Assembly: GCA_963590075.1 (NCBI GenBank)
Contig: CAVANK010000008.1
Coordinates: forward strand, 390 to 64,389
Source of the DNA: Eshraghiella crossota
Lineage (GTDB): Bacteria > Bacillota > Clostridia > Christensenellales > CAG-917
Reading direction: 5' to 3'
Length of the DNA stretch: 64,000 nucleotides
Shown: piece by piece, positions 1-10,672 of the stretch
Layout of the letters: the number at the start of each line of letters is the position of its first letter
Position numbering within the stretch: the first letter of the stretch is position 1
Made by a program: the position numbers and the translations under genes
The notes under the pieces: model-generated
Told to the model about the DNA's origin: nothing
The model's database searches: none
What the model saw: only the letters and a program-made list of their open reading frames with translations

Positions 1-2289
1 GACGGAGTTGGTGAGCATTTCGGGATTTTCTGCCGAGAGTGCTACGAGGTTGACCGCGCCGACTGCAAAGTTGTACATAAATTTGCCGAATCTCGATATT
101 TTGCATTGACCGATTGTGTTGTTTGCGGTCAACTCACCTTTGACAAACGGTGTGTTTTCAATCATCTTTTCACCGTAAATTGCTTCAAATTGCTCGACGG
201 GGATATCTTTTGCGTTTGTGATATCGTAGTAGCAAGGAGCGGTCGCTTTGTAGTCGGGGATAGGTGCGTCGGGATTTTTGGACGTTACGTTCACAGTGCC
301 TTCGAGTTTGATATCGCGAGAGCTTGCGCCCACGAGAATACGGAAATCACCGCTTTCGACGTGCCAATCGTTGATGGATACGTTGTAGTATGCAAACGCA
401 CGCGAGTCAAGCGATACGCTGACCTCTTTTTCTTCACCCGCTTGTAAGAACACTTTCTTGAAGCCTTTGAGTTCCTTTTCGGGACGGTAGAGCGTGCTTT
501 CGACGTCCGCAACGTACACTTGCGCAATTTCCGCGCCCGCGACTTTGCCCGTGTTCTTGACCTTGAACGTGACGGTGAAGTCGTCTCCTTCGTTGATGCT
601 GTCCGCGCTCAATTTGAGGTCGGAATACTCAAACGTGGTGTAGCTCAAGCCGTAACCGAACGGATATTTGACCGCTTTCTTTGCCGTGTCGTAATAGCGG
701 TATCCGACGTAAACGCCTTCGCGATATTCCACCGTGCGAGGGCCCATACGGAAGTATTTTGCGCCGATATAATCTTTTTCGTTGACGGGGAAGGTTTCTG
801 CAAGTTTGCCCGATGGATTGACCTTGCCGTATATGAGGTTGTACGCCGCCTCTCCGCCTGCTTGTCCGCCGAGATAGAGGTTGAGTATGCCTTTTACCCT
901 CTTGTCCCAATCACCGATTTCAACGGGTGAACCGCAAGAAAGCACGACGATGACGTTTTTGTTGACCTTCAAAATCTCGTTGATGAGCGTCACGTGCGAA
1001 GAAGGCATTTTGATGTGACTGCGGTCGTAGCCTTCCGACTCGAACGCGTCCGTCAGACCTATAAACAACAATACCGCGTCTTTGCCTTTTGCCGTCTTGA
1101 CCGCTTGTTTTATGAGGCTCTTCTTGTAGCCTTCGCCTTTGAGGGTATAGCCGTCTGCATAAGCGTATTTTTGACCGGCGTTCTCCAAAGCGTCCGTAAA
1201 CGACGTGATCTTTGTGGGGAGAATGTGGCTCGAACCACCGCCTTGATAGCGGAGTTTCTTTGCAAGTTTGCCGATGACCGCGATGTTCTGTTTTGCGTTC
1301 AAGGGGAGTGCGCCGTCGTTTTTGAGAAGCACCGCTCCGCCTTCCGCCGCGCGTCTTGCGATTGCGTTGTGTTCTTCGATGTCGAACTTTACGCCCTTGA
1401 CTTCGCGCACGGTGTTTTCGTATGCAAATCTTATGAGACGAAGCACCACTTTGTCGATATCCTCAACCGTGAGAGTGCCGTCTTCGAGCGCTTTGTATAC
1501 GCTGGGATCGCTCATGCCTTTGTTGCCCGGCATTTCGAGATCCATACCCGCTTTGACGCCTTCGGGACGGTTATTGACCGCACCCCAGTCGCTCACTACG
1601 ATGCCCTTAAATCCCCACTCGTCACGCAAGACGTCGGTGAGGAAACGCTTATAATCGCTGAGGTACGTGCCGTTGAGACGGTTGTAAGAGCACATAACGG
1701 TGGTGGGCTGTTCCGTCTTGACGATATGCTCGAATGCAGGCATATAAATCTCGCGAAGCGTACGCTCGTCAACTACGGAGTTGATGCACATTCTTATGTA
1801 TTCTTGGTTGTTTGCAAGGAAGTGTTTGAGGGAAGTGCCGACGTTTTTGCTTTGCACGCCGTGTACCCACGCAGCACCCATACGTCCCGCAAGGAAGGGA
1901 TCTTCCGAGAAATACTCGAAGTTTCTTCCGCAAAGCGGACTGCGCTTGATGTTGACGCCGGGGCCGAGAACGGTGGAAACGCCCAAAGATTGCGCTTCGA
2001 CTGCGATTGCCGCACCGACTTCTTGTTCGAGCTCAACGTCCCAACTCGATGCGGACGTAACCGCACCGGGGAAGCAAGTTGCGGGTTCGGGCGTTTGCAT
2101 AATGTTCACGCCACCGGACATTTTTTCGCGACGCATACCGTTGGGGCCGTCGCTCGTGCGCACGGCAGGAATGTCTACGCCGTCTCTCTTGATAGGTTGC
2201 GTAAGCCACGTAGTAGAACCGGAAAGCATTTGCACTTTCTCTTCCAGCGTAAGCTTGGCAAGAATATCCTTATAATCATTCTCGTTCAT
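1..2289 (-). CDS. Glycoside hydrolase family 3 beta-glucosidase (3' end lies beyond the left window edge)
   Basis: Own minus-strand translation: ATG at 2289..2287 after a GGAGGAAAT RBS, open for 763 codons to position 1 (MNENDYKDILAKLTLEEKVQMLSGSTTWLTQP...). Contains the GH3 nucleophile region EWGFKGIVVSDWGAV. Absent from the ORF track because it is open at the edge. The + strand ORFs 994..2355, 1268..1654 and 1781..2275 are antisense shadows. Confidence 0.85.
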   Translation of the reverse strand, partial: MNENDYKDILAKLTLEEKVQMLSGSTTWLTQPIKRDGVDIPAVRTSDGPNGMRREKMSGGVNIMQTPEPATCFPGAVTSASSWDVELEQEVGAAIAVEAQSLGVSTVLGPGVNIKRSPLCGRNFEYFSEDPFLAGRMGAAWVHGVQSKNVGTSLKHFLANNQEYIRMCINSVVDERTLREIYMPAFEHIVKTEQPTTVMCSYNRLNGTYLSDYKRFLTDVLRDEWGFKGIVVSDWGAVNNRPEGVKAGMDLEMPGNKGMSDPSVYKALEDGTLTVEDIDKVVLRLIRFAYENTVREVKGVKFDIEEHNAIARRAAEGGAVLLKNDGALPLNAKQNIAVIGKLAKKLRYQGGGSSHILPTKITSFTDALENAGQKYAYADGYTLKGEGYKKSLIKQAVKTAKGKDAVLLFIGLTDAFESEGYDRSHIKMPSSHVTLINEILKVNKNVIVVLSCGSPVEIGDWDKRVKGILNLYLGGQAGGEAAYNLIYGKVNPSGKLAETFPVNEKDYIGAKYFRMGPRTVEYREGVYVGYRYYDTAKKAVKYPFGYGLSYTTFEYSDLKLSADSINEGDDFTVTFKVKNTGKVAGAEIAQVYVADVESTLYRPEKELKGFKKVFLQAGEEKEVSVSLDSRAFAYYNVSINDWHVESGDFRILVGASSRDIKLEGTVNVTSKNPDAPIPDYKATAPCYYDITNAKDIPVEQFEAIYGEKMIENTPFVKGELTANNTIGQCKISRFGKFMYNFAVGAVNLVALSAENPEMLTNSV

Positions 2290-2547
2290 AATTTCCTCCG
2301 AGTATTAATATTTGTTATATATAGGCAAAGCCCTTATATCGATAATATAGAATAATAACAATTCTTATATATCATTATATCACGCGCGTGGCGTGCTTTC
2401 AAGCATAGATTTTATCGTCTGCAATATGCGTACATCGTGCATATCGTTTGCCGTTTTAATCTTTGTTGAATGTATATGTGTTTTCAATAGTTTTGACGGA
2501 ATAATAGTTTTATCAGCACGAAAACGATTGATGAAAGCACGTTTTCG

Positions 2548-3225
2548 TCATTTATTGAGTTTCGCTTTGTCGCGGGCGGAAAGAGGCGTTTTATCTTCGA
2601 TATACGTTTGCCACACGTTTATGCGGTCGTCTTCGTCTATTTGACGGAGGACTCTGCACGGATTGCCCACTGCAATGCAACGGGGCGGAATATCGCGAGT
2701 GACCACGCTTCCCGCACCTACAACCGCGCCTTCTCCTATCGTGACGCCACCGCAAATAATTACGTTGGAGGCTATCCAAGCGTTCTTTTTGATAGTCACG
2801 GGTTTGGAATATTCGAGGTCGTGATAACCGTCGGGATAGGTGGTGTTTATGCGCTCCTCGGCAATGAACGGGTGACACGGCGTTGCAATCGTTACGTTTG
2901 CGCCGAGCCATACGCCGTCTTCAAGCGTGATGGGAGATATGTCCAAAAGAGTGCAACCGTAGTTGAAAAATATGTCGTTGCCAAGGTGGATATTGACGCC
3001 GTATTCACAGTAAAAAGGTGTGAAAATCCAAGCGGATTTGCCCTTGGACGAGGGGATAAGTTTGTTTATAAGGCGTCGTTGCCTCGGTACGTTCCACACG
3101 GGGCATTTGTTGAGTTTTTGCGTGAGGAGCATACCTCTTGCGTGTCGCCAAAATATGTCTTTGCTTGACGAGTTGTACAATTTGCCGTTTATCATACGTT
3201 GCCATTCGACGTTTATTTTGCTCAT
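2548..3225 (-). CDS. Maltose/galactoside O-acetyltransferase family protein (hexapeptide-repeat)
   Basis: 225 aa. N-terminal Mac-like segment (QRMINGKLYNS), then left-handed beta-helix hexapeptide repeats (GANVTI..., IASNVIICGGVTIGEGAVVGAGSVV). Confidence 0.75.
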   Translation of the reverse strand: MSKINVEWQRMINGKLYNSSSKDIFWRHARGMLLTQKLNKCPVWNVPRQRRLINKLIPSSKGKSAWIFTPFYCEYGVNIHLGNDIFFNYGCTLLDISPITLEDGVWLGANVTIATPCHPFIAEERINTTYPDGYHDLEYSKPVTIKKNAWIASNVIICGGVTIGEGAVVGAGSVVTRDIPPRCIAVGNPCRVLRQIDEDDRINVWQTYIEDKTPLSARDKAKLNK

Positions 3226-3348
3226 ATTTCACCTCATTTTTGATATAATTTTATGTCAAAATAATAATGAATTATATCATAAAAGCGAACAAAATATCAT
3301 AAAAGCGTTGTAAAATACAAAAAGCGTGTTATCATTGAGGGGAAGAGA

Positions 3349-4224
3349 ATGCGAAAATTAATAATTAATAATTGCGGAAGGCGGAGCCTTATCCAAAATA
3401 AATATATAAACGATGTAGGGGAAATAAATCCTAATATGGAAGATAGAAAAAACAATAAGTTGAATATCGAAGTTTTGCCGAAAGGGGTGTCGGCGCCTAA
3501 ATTTCAGCAGAGAGAAAGCGGTGTGGTGCACACACCGTACAGTCGGGAAGTTGCGTTTTACAGTTGCATAAAAAACGGTGATTTGCAAGGGCTTAAAGAT
3601 TGTATGGAAAAGTTTATGTTTGAGTCTCTTGTTGTTGGCAGAATGAGCAACGACAACTTGCGCCAGTCCAAATATATGGCGGTGAGTTGCATTACGCTTG
3701 CCACGCGTTACGCCGTAGAGGGCGGGCTTATGGAAAGCGAAGCGTATAATTTGTCAGACAAGTATATACAAAGCGTGGACAATATGGACGATACGGACGA
3801 TATATTGTATTTCCTTATCGAAAAAGCCGGAGAACTTACGACGCTCGTCAAAGAGCATAAAGACAGACTGGAATATCCGCCGTATATCAGAAAGGCGATA
3901 AAGACCATCGACGCGCATTTGCACGACAAACTTGTGTGCGAAGACATCGCAAAAGAGTGCGGAGTATGCGTGGATTATTTGACCAAGCAGTTCAAAGCGT
4001 ACGTCGGCGTGAGCGTGAAGCGATACGTGCTTTCGCAAAAACTCCAAGCGTCAAAAGAGTTGCTTCTCGACGACGTTCCGTACAAAGACGTTGCGTACTA
4101 TTTCGGCTTCTGCTCGCAAACGCACTATATAAGCGTGTTTGAAAAAGAATACGGAATGACGCCAAAACAATTTGTCGTGGCAAACGCCGAAAAGATAAAT
4201 TCGCCGGATAAAAACGCAAAGTAG
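3349..4224 (+). CDS. AraC-family transcriptional regulator
   Basis: C-terminal double HTH typical of AraC/XylS (CEDIAKECGVCVDYLTKQFKAYVGVSVKRYVLSQKLQASKELL...YYFGFCSQTHYISVFEKEYGMTPKQF). GGGGAAGAG RBS before the ATG. Divergent from the acetyltransferase gene. Confidence 0.8.
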   Translation: MRKLIINNCGRRSLIQNKYINDVGEINPNMEDRKNNKLNIEVLPKGVSAPKFQQRESGVVHTPYSREVAFYSCIKNGDLQGLKDCMEKFMFESLVVGRMSNDNLRQSKYMAVSCITLATRYAVEGGLMESEAYNLSDKYIQSVDNMDDTDDILYFLIEKAGELTTLVKEHKDRLEYPPYIRKAIKTIDAHLHDKLVCEDIAKECGVCVDYLTKQFKAYVGVSVKRYVLSQKLQASKELLLDDVPYKDVAYYFGFCSQTHYISVFEKEYGMTPKQFVVANAEKINSPDKNAK

Positions 4225-4396
4225 GCGACGTCTGAAATAAACGACTGTTGCAATTAACGATAGTTTATTATATCATATGCGTCGGTTAAAACCGCAATAT
4301 CGTCAAAAAAAGGCAAATTTTGCACGAAAAATAAAATTGCACTAATACCGTAACCAAACGATAACTCGTACGTGTATTTAGTGAAAGGAGGATTGA

Positions 4397-4876
4397 ATGA
4401 AGAACGAGACTTTGGAAAGGCTCATCAAAAAGCACTACAATGAGGCTTTGCTTTACGTGTACTCGTTTTGTCACAATCGCTCGCTTTCGGAAGATATAGT
4501 GCAAGAGTCGTTTATGCGCGCGTTCCGCTCCATCGACGAGGAAAAGGACGGGTTCAAATACTGGCTGTTCAAGGTGTGCAGAAACTGCTACTTCGATTAC
4601 GTGCGCAAAAACAAGCGCGTGGGTGCGATAGAGTTCGACGTTGCGGATGAAAACGACTTGATAGACTCCGTTATCCAAAAGGAAGAATACCGCGCGCTGT
4701 ATAAAGCGATATCGCTTCTTAAAGACAACTATCAAGAAATCGTGCGACTTTTCTATTTTGACGGTATGTCCGTAAAGGAAATCGCGTCCATACTCGATAC
4801 GAGCCTAGAGAACGTAAAAATCCAACTCTATCGTGCAAGACTCAAACTCAAAGAAATTTTGGAGGGTAATATATGA
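4397..4876 (+). CDS. ECF-type RNA polymerase sigma-70 family factor
   Basis: 159 aa. Region 2 (EDIVQESFMRAF...YWLFKVCRNCYFDYVRK) and region 4 HTH (FYFDGMSVKEIASILDTSLENVKIQLYRARLKLKE). AAAGGAGG RBS. Confidence 0.85.
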   Translation: MKNETLERLIKKHYNEALLYVYSFCHNRSLSEDIVQESFMRAFRSIDEEKDGFKYWLFKVCRNCYFDYVRKNKRVGAIEFDVADENDLIDSVIQKEEYRALYKAISLLKDNYQEIVRLFYFDGMSVKEIASILDTSLENVKIQLYRARLKLKEILEGNI

Positions 4877-5445
4877 ATTTTGAAGAGGCGTTTGCCCGTT
4901 ATAAAGACGGCGTTGCGACGGACGAAGAAAAAGAGTACGTCAAGCAACAATTGGAAATTGCCAACTCTTTCGTTGCCGACGACGAAAAACGCCAATCCGT
5001 ACCCGTCGCCGAAGCAAGCGACGACGACGTGAAAAAGGCAAAGAAAAAATTTAAGTGGCGTTACGTCGTGATACCCGCGATATCGCTTATATGCGCTCTT
5101 TTGGTGATTGCGGCAATACTCGGCGGTGTGTTTGGCTCGGCTGCAACGTATGCGCATAACGCAAGAGCGTACGACAAAAATGCGTGCGAGGCTATCGCTT
5201 GGGAAAAACTCGTTGAAGTTGCGACGGAAAATGATTTTTCCTCGTATCTTCCGACGTTTGAGGTGGACGACGTCGACAAAGAGTTCAACTACGTCGCACA
5301 CGATATAAAGCAGAGTTATTATTCCTACTTCTTCACATTCGAGCGCAACGACGATTTGTACCTCGATAAAACCGATATAAAAGTTGTCGTCGAGGTCAAT
5401 ACGGTAACGGGTGTTGCAACGCTTGTGAAAATCAAGAATAGATAA
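4873..5445 (+). CDS. Putative anti-sigma factor, single-pass membrane protein
   Basis: ATGA start/stop overlap with the sigma gene. Cytoplasmic N-terminus, one TM helix (WRYVVIPAISLICALLVIAAILGGVFG), extracytoplasmic C-terminus. The call rests on position and topology only; there is no zinc-finger anti-sigma motif. Confidence 0.5.
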   Translation: MNFEEAFARYKDGVATDEEKEYVKQQLEIANSFVADDEKRQSVPVAEASDDDVKKAKKKFKWRYVVIPAISLICALLVIAAILGGVFGSAATYAHNARAYDKNACEAIAWEKLVEVATENDFSSYLPTFEVDDVDKEFNYVAHDIKQSYYSYFFTFERNDDLYLDKTDIKVVVEVNTVTGVATLVKIKNR

Positions 5446-5670
5446 ACTCAAACAATCGATATTAAAAAGCGTACCTAGTCGGCGCGCTTTTAACGTGTGG
5501 CGGGCGTTTTTAGCGGGACTTTTTTCTTTGTGCGTTAAACGCATGTCGTCGGTGCGCTTTTTACTTGTTGTGTTAATGGGTTGCCTACGCGCTTTTTTCG
5601 TCGAAATTTCAAATATATTTTTTCCGCTTATTTTTATAATCTCTTTGCATACAATATTCACGAGGTGTTT

Positions 5671-6384
5671 ATGTGGTCAAACTTGATAAGTATCGACAAA
5701 GGGTATGATAAGGAGATAGGATATATACTTGACAAACTTCAATGCACGAAAGACGTGTCGTACGCAATAGAGGAGTCCGAGGACAGAATGTGGATTTATC
5801 TTGCAAGTGCGTGCGAGTGTGCGGACGAGGTGGAAAGCAAGATTTACGATATACTCGACGTGGTGTTTTTGTCTTTTCTCAAAATGCGTTTTTTTCTCGA
5901 ACGATTGCCGTTTAGAGGGCTTAACCACGCAAAGTGCGCGCTTTTAAGTTCAATGGTAAACTTCGACAGAGATTTTGAAAGCGGTATAATCGCAAAGACG
6001 TTGTCAAACGCGCTTGACTATAACGTTGACGGGCTTTTTAATTTTCGCTTGCGCTCGCTCAAAGAGGCGTGGAGCGAAGTTGCCGACGTTGCTTCGAGAT
6101 TGTTGGAGGGCAGTGGCAGTGATACGGATATATACGATATAGCCTCCTTTATCGCGGGGACGGACGGCGGAAAAAATCAAATATGCGTGGAGCGCAATCG
6201 CCTCAAAAATTTGACGGAAAGACACTTTGTGGAAGTGATTAATCTATTCGATACGGAAGAGTACAATATATTGAGCGCAATCATAAAAGAAAAGCCGTGC
6301 GAAATAGTGATTGAAAACAACTCTTTTTCGACGCCGATGAACTCGACGTTGCGACATATAGCAAGAGTTATCGAAAAATTATAA
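5671..6384 (+). CDS. YtxC-like putative sporulation protein
   Basis: Start moved to ATG 5671 (GAGGTG RBS 5 nt upstream). The VDGLFNFRLRSLKEAW segment resembles the FRFRL signature I recall for the YtxC-like family. No TM segment. The family assignment is from memory. Confidence 0.45.
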   Translation: MWSNLISIDKGYDKEIGYILDKLQCTKDVSYAIEESEDRMWIYLASACECADEVESKIYDILDVVFLSFLKMRFFLERLPFRGLNHAKCALLSSMVNFDRDFESGIIAKTLSNALDYNVDGLFNFRLRSLKEAWSEVADVASRLLEGSGSDTDIYDIASFIAGTDGGKNQICVERNRLKNLTERHFVEVINLFDTEEYNILSAIIKEKPCEIVIENNSFSTPMNSTLRHIARVIEKL

Positions 6385-6549
6385 ATATACGATACGTGTT
6401 GTAAAATCGGGCAAAAACGAGGAAAACTGTCAAAAACGGCTATATTTTGACTAAACAAGAGGGCGAAAAAGCACGAAAAGTGTTATATAATGTCGAAACA
6501 AAACACGATATGTGTATAAGGCAAAACGATATTAAGAAATAAAGGCAAC

Positions 6550-6579
6550 AAAAAAACGGGCAGTTACGCCCGTTTTTTA
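6550..6579. terminator. Bidirectional rho-independent terminator
   Basis: A-run, stem ACGGGC/GCCCGT (6556..6573), then a T-run. Sits between the convergent ytxC-like and serA genes. Confidence 0.8.
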
Positions 6580-6610
6580 GTCATATTAAGTTGTGATCGA
6601 GCGGTTGATA

Positions 6611-7705
6611 TCAATAGACTTTGCGTGCCTTGATCGTGTTTGGCGTGGTGAGCGTTGCAAGGTCAAGTTCGGTATCCGTATCGATTACGGTATAGCGTAT
6701 ACCGTTTCTTACCGCGCTTACTCCGTCAAATTCGGGAGTACCCGTATCGTTTGAGATAACGGTGTAACGGTGCGTTGCCGATTTGGGAACGGACAAATTG
6801 GGCATATTGACGGAATTGACGATATTGCCGTTTTCGATATAGTCTTTGAGTTCCTTGGCAGCCATAACTGCACAGTTGTCTTCCGCCTCTTCTGTAGAAG
6901 CGCCGAGGTGAGGCACTGCGACGATACCTTCGCATCCTATGCAATCGCCGTCCGGGAAATCGACGACGTATTTACGCACTTTTTTGCTTGCAAGCGCGTC
7001 TTTGATTGCCGATACGTCGCAAAGTTCTCCGCGTGCGGCGTTGACGATTATCACGCCGTCTTTCATCGTTGCGATGCTATCGGCGTTGATTAGGTGCTTG
7101 GTGTCGGGCGTCATCGGAAGATGAAGCGTGACGAAGTCCGCGTTTTGCCAAGCGTTTTTCATATCGTCGAAAATTGTTACGAAGGGTATTTCTTCCTTTG
7201 CGGATTGCGAGATGAAGGGATCGTAACCTACGACGTTCATACCGAGAGCGTGCGCCGAGATTGCAACTTTTCTGCCTATCGCGCCAAGTCCCAAAACACA
7301 AAGTGTTTTGCCTGCTATCTCGTTGCCCGCAAACGCGCTCTTGCCTTTTTCCACTTGTTTTGCGACGTCGTCGCCCGTGATGGTGTTTGCCCAATTGCTT
7401 GCCTCAACGACGTTTCTTGCACCGATAATGAGGTATGCGATTACGAGTTCCTTAACCGCGTTGGCGTTTGCGCCGGGGGTATTAAACACGCAAATACCTT
7501 TCTTTGCGTAGTCCGCGTGCGGAATATTGTTGACGCCCGCGCCCGCTCTCGCAACTGCAAGAAGGGAAGAGGGCACTTGATATTCCTCCATTTTGAAAGA
7601 GCGCACGAGTATGCCGACGGGATCGGCGCAATTATCCGTAACGGTGTAGCCTTCGAGCACGGGATTTGCAAGTTTTGATATGGAATTGAGTTTGAGAATA
7701 TTCAT
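6611..7705 (-). CDS. serA: D-3-phosphoglycerate dehydrogenase (D-2-hydroxyacid dehydrogenase family)
   Basis: 364 aa. NAD-binding GLGAIGRKVA fingerprint. Lies directly downstream of serC in the same orientation. Confidence 0.8.
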   Translation of the reverse strand: MNILKLNSISKLANPVLEGYTVTDNCADPVGILVRSFKMEEYQVPSSLLAVARAGAGVNNIPHADYAKKGICVFNTPGANANAVKELVIAYLIIGARNVVEASNWANTITGDDVAKQVEKGKSAFAGNEIAGKTLCVLGLGAIGRKVAISAHALGMNVVGYDPFISQSAKEEIPFVTIFDDMKNAWQNADFVTLHLPMTPDTKHLINADSIATMKDGVIIVNAARGELCDVSAIKDALASKKVRKYVVDFPDGDCIGCEGIVAVPHLGASTEEAEDNCAVMAAKELKDYIENGNIVNSVNMPNLSVPKSATHRYTVISNDTGTPEFDGVSAVRNGIRYTVIDTDTELDLATLTTPNTIKARKVY

Positions 7706-7723
7706 ATCTTCACCTAATTTTAC

Positions 7724-8800
7724 TTATTTGTTTTCAAGTTCAAACTTCTTCATAAACTCGATGAGGGCTTTGACGCCTTCCACGGGCATTGCGTTGTAGA
7801 TTGACGCGCGCATACCGCCTACGAGTTTGTGCCCTTTGAGGGATACGAGTCCGTTGGCTTCCGCTTCCTTGACGAATTTGGCGTTGAGTTCGTCCGTAGG
7901 AGCGACGAAAGGCACGTTCATAATGGAACGGCTGTCTTTTTCAACATAGTTGTTGTAGAAGTCGGAGTTGTCGATGAAGTCGTAAAGCATACCCGCTTTT
8001 TCTCTGTTGATTTGCTCGATTGCCTCGACACCGCCCGTTTTTTTGAGGTGGCGCAAGTTGAGCATCATCATATAAATTGACCAGCACGGCGGAGTGTTGT
8101 AGAGGCTGTTTGCGTCTATTTGCGTGCGGTATTTGAGCATAGTGGGGCAAATTGGGAGTTCACCGCCGAGCATATCGTCTTTGACGATAACGAGTGTGAC
8201 GCCCGCGGGAGCAAGGTTCTTTTGCGCGCCGGCGTAAATGAGAGAATATTTGCTCACGTCCGTCTTTTCGCTCATAATGCAAGAGGACAAGTCCGCAACG
8301 AGGGGTACGCCGTTCGTGTCGGGAAGAGTGTGATATTTGGAGCCGAAAATGGTGTTGTTTTCGGTGATGTGAACGTAACTTGCGTCTTGTCTGAAATCGG
8401 ACGGGGACGTCTTGGGAATGTAGGTGAATTTCTTGTCTTCGCTTGATGCGACGAGCTTGATATCACCGTATTTTTGCGCTTCTTTGTACGCTTTTTTCGC
8501 AAAGTTGCCGGTTACGATATAATCCGCTTTTCCCGTTTTTAGCAAGTTGAGCGGAATTGCCTCGAACTGCGTGGAAGCACCGCCTTGCACCATAATAACG
8601 TGGTAGTTTTCGGGGATTTGCATAAGCTCGCGCACCAAGTCGAGACACTCGGTATTGATTGCGTCGTACCATTTGGAGCGGTGGCTCATTTCCATAACGC
8701 TCATACCCGAGCCGTTGTAATCCGTGATGGATTTTCCCGCCTCTTGCAACACCTCGATAGGGAGCATAGACGGACCTGCGGAAAAGTTGTAAACTCTCAT
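7724..8800 (-). CDS. serC: Phosphoserine aminotransferase
   Basis: Start moved to the internal Met (MRVYNFSAGPSMLP...), which has an AAAGGAGAA RBS. The track ORF extends 39 codons upstream without an RBS. Class V aminotransferase features throughout. Confidence 0.9.
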   Translation of the reverse strand: MRVYNFSAGPSMLPIEVLQEAGKSITDYNGSGMSVMEMSHRSKWYDAINTECLDLVRELMQIPENYHVIMVQGGASTQFEAIPLNLLKTGKADYIVTGNFAKKAYKEAQKYGDIKLVASSEDKKFTYIPKTSPSDFRQDASYVHITENNTIFGSKYHTLPDTNGVPLVADLSSCIMSEKTDVSKYSLIYAGAQKNLAPAGVTLVIVKDDMLGGELPICPTMLKYRTQIDANSLYNTPPCWSIYMMMLNLRHLKKTGGVEAIEQINREKAGMLYDFIDNSDFYNNYVEKDSRSIMNVPFVAPTDELNAKFVKEAEANGLVSLKGHKLVGGMRASIYNAMPVEGVKALIEFMKKFELENK

Positions 8801-9008
8801 AAATTCTCCTTTATTTGCAATATATTGCAATAGCAAATTATCGTTTATACTTATATCGTAAAGGCAAAATCGGCGTTTGTAAAGATGTTTTTTGTCTGCT
8901 TTTGCAAGTATTTGCATAATCTCTTGCTTAAAAAGTAAAAATAGTGTAACATATTAAATTAGATAAATATGTACACTATCACGCGCTTAGGCGCATACGG
9001 AGAATATA

Positions 9009-10652
9009 ATGGCAAAAAATACGAAAACGGTTAAAGTTACCTTCCTCGGCGGCGTCGGTGAAATCGGCAAGAATATGACCGTCTTGGAATACGGCAACGA
9101 TATGATAATCGTGGACTGCGGAGTGGCTTTCCCCAAAGAGGACAGCCCCGGCATCGACGCGATTATCCCCGACATCACTTACATCAAAGAAAATATAGCA
9201 AGACTTCGCGGTATCGTGCTTACGCACGGTCACGAAGACCACATCGGCGCGATTCCTTATTACGCCGACGACCTCAAAGACGTGCCTATCTACGGCACCG
9301 CGCTCACTGTCGGACTTCTTAAACGCAAGCTCGACAAGCAAGGCAAAAAGTGCAACCTCGTGACTATTTCGGCGGGGGATACTGTGTCTTTGGGAGAATT
9401 CCGCGTGGAATTTATCAAAGTGGCGCACTCTATGGCGGGTGCTTGCGCACTCAATATCACTTGCCCCGTCGGCAACGTGTTCGTGACGGGTGACTTCAAG
9501 ATCGACAACACGCCCATCGACGGCAAAAAGACGGATATCGGACGCATTGCGGAAATAGGCGCGAAGGGCGTTTTGCTTATGCTCGGAGAGTCCACCAACG
9601 TAGAAAGAGCGGGCAGTTCCACTTCGGAAAAAGTCGTCGGACAAAATTTGGAACAAATTTTCGTCGCAAACCCCAACAAACGCATAGTTATCGCGTGCTT
9701 TGCATCGTCAAACTACCGCGTGCAACAAGTGCTTTCGCTTGCGCATAAGTATCATAGAAAAGTGGTGCTTGCGGGAAGAAGCATGAAAGGCATCGTGGAC
9801 GTTGCGTCCGCTTGCGGTGAATTGCAAGTGCCAAAGGGCGTACTCGTCGACAGCGTGGGAAGATTGCTCCCCAGCGAAACCGTCGTGCTTGCAACCGGCT
9901 CGCAAGGTGAACCGCTCAGCGCACTCAACAAACTCTCAAAAGGTGAATTCAACAAAATCAACCTCGGCACGGACGACGTGGTGGTGCTCAGTTCTTCGCC
10001 TATCCCGGGCAACGAGAAATCCGTCTACGACGTCATCAACGACTTGTTCAGAAAGGGCGCAAACGTCATTTACGACAGTATGAACGACATTCACGTGTCG
10101 GGACACGCTTACGCCGAGGAATTGAAGCTTATGCTTACCCTCGTACACCCGCAGTTCTTTATGCCCGTGCACGGTGAGTATCGTCATCAATTCAAGCACG
10201 CCGAAATCGCAAAATCACTTGGCGTGGCAAGCAAAAATATCGTCATTCCCAACATTGGCGAGTGCTACGGCGTAAATCAAAAGGGTATACGCCAACACTC
10301 CAACGTCGCGTCGGGCAACACATACGTGGACGGCGTCGTGCTCGAAGACGGAAAATCCGTCGTCAACGACCGTCGCTCGCTTGCCGAATACGGTATGCTT
10401 TTGGTGCTTTGCGCGGTGGATATGGATCTCGGCAAAATCTCGGGTGACGTGGACGTCGTGGCAAGAGGCTTCAACCTCACCGACGACGTGCGCTCGTCCA
10501 TAGAAAACGCAACCAAAGACGCGATAAATTCCGTCGATTTCGATAAGACAGACATCAACGAAATCGCTCGCATAGTCAAAAAGGCTGTGAGAAAACTCTT
10601 TTACAAGGATAGACAATTCCCGATTATCATTCCCGTTATCGTAGAGGACTGA
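9009..10652 (+). CDS. rnj: Ribonuclease J (metallo-beta-lactamase/beta-CASP)
   Basis: 547 aa. HGHEDHIGA metal motif, beta-CASP region and C-terminal domain, with the typical N-terminus VKVTFLGGVGEIGKNMTVLEY. Confidence 0.9.
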   Translation: MAKNTKTVKVTFLGGVGEIGKNMTVLEYGNDMIIVDCGVAFPKEDSPGIDAIIPDITYIKENIARLRGIVLTHGHEDHIGAIPYYADDLKDVPIYGTALTVGLLKRKLDKQGKKCNLVTISAGDTVSLGEFRVEFIKVAHSMAGACALNITCPVGNVFVTGDFKIDNTPIDGKKTDIGRIAEIGAKGVLLMLGESTNVERAGSSTSEKVVGQNLEQIFVANPNKRIVIACFASSNYRVQQVLSLAHKYHRKVVLAGRSMKGIVDVASACGELQVPKGVLVDSVGRLLPSETVVLATGSQGEPLSALNKLSKGEFNKINLGTDDVVVLSSSPIPGNEKSVYDVINDLFRKGANVIYDSMNDIHVSGHAYAEELKLMLTLVHPQFFMPVHGEYRHQFKHAEIAKSLGVASKNIVIPNIGECYGVNQKGIRQHSNVASGNTYVDGVVLEDGKSVVNDRRSLAEYGMLLVLCAVDMDLGKISGDVDVVARGFNLTDDVRSSIENATKDAINSVDFDKTDINEIARIVKKAVRKLFYKDRQFPIIIPVIVED

Positions 10653-10672
10653 TAGTAGGGAAGGGGTGAAAA

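Noticed and set aside
994-2355. A 453-aa + strand ORF (plus 1268..1654, 1781..2275, 106..447 and 520..930) offered by the ORF track
   Set aside because: The translations are compositionally odd (Arg/Cys/Phe-rich) and lack an RBS. The opposite strand encodes an unbroken, clearly recognisable GH3 beta-glucosidase. These are antisense shadow ORFs.
4828-5661. 277-aa minus-strand ORF across the sigma/anti-sigma junction
   Set aside because: It overlaps two coupled + strand genes with clear features and has no RBS or recognisable motif.
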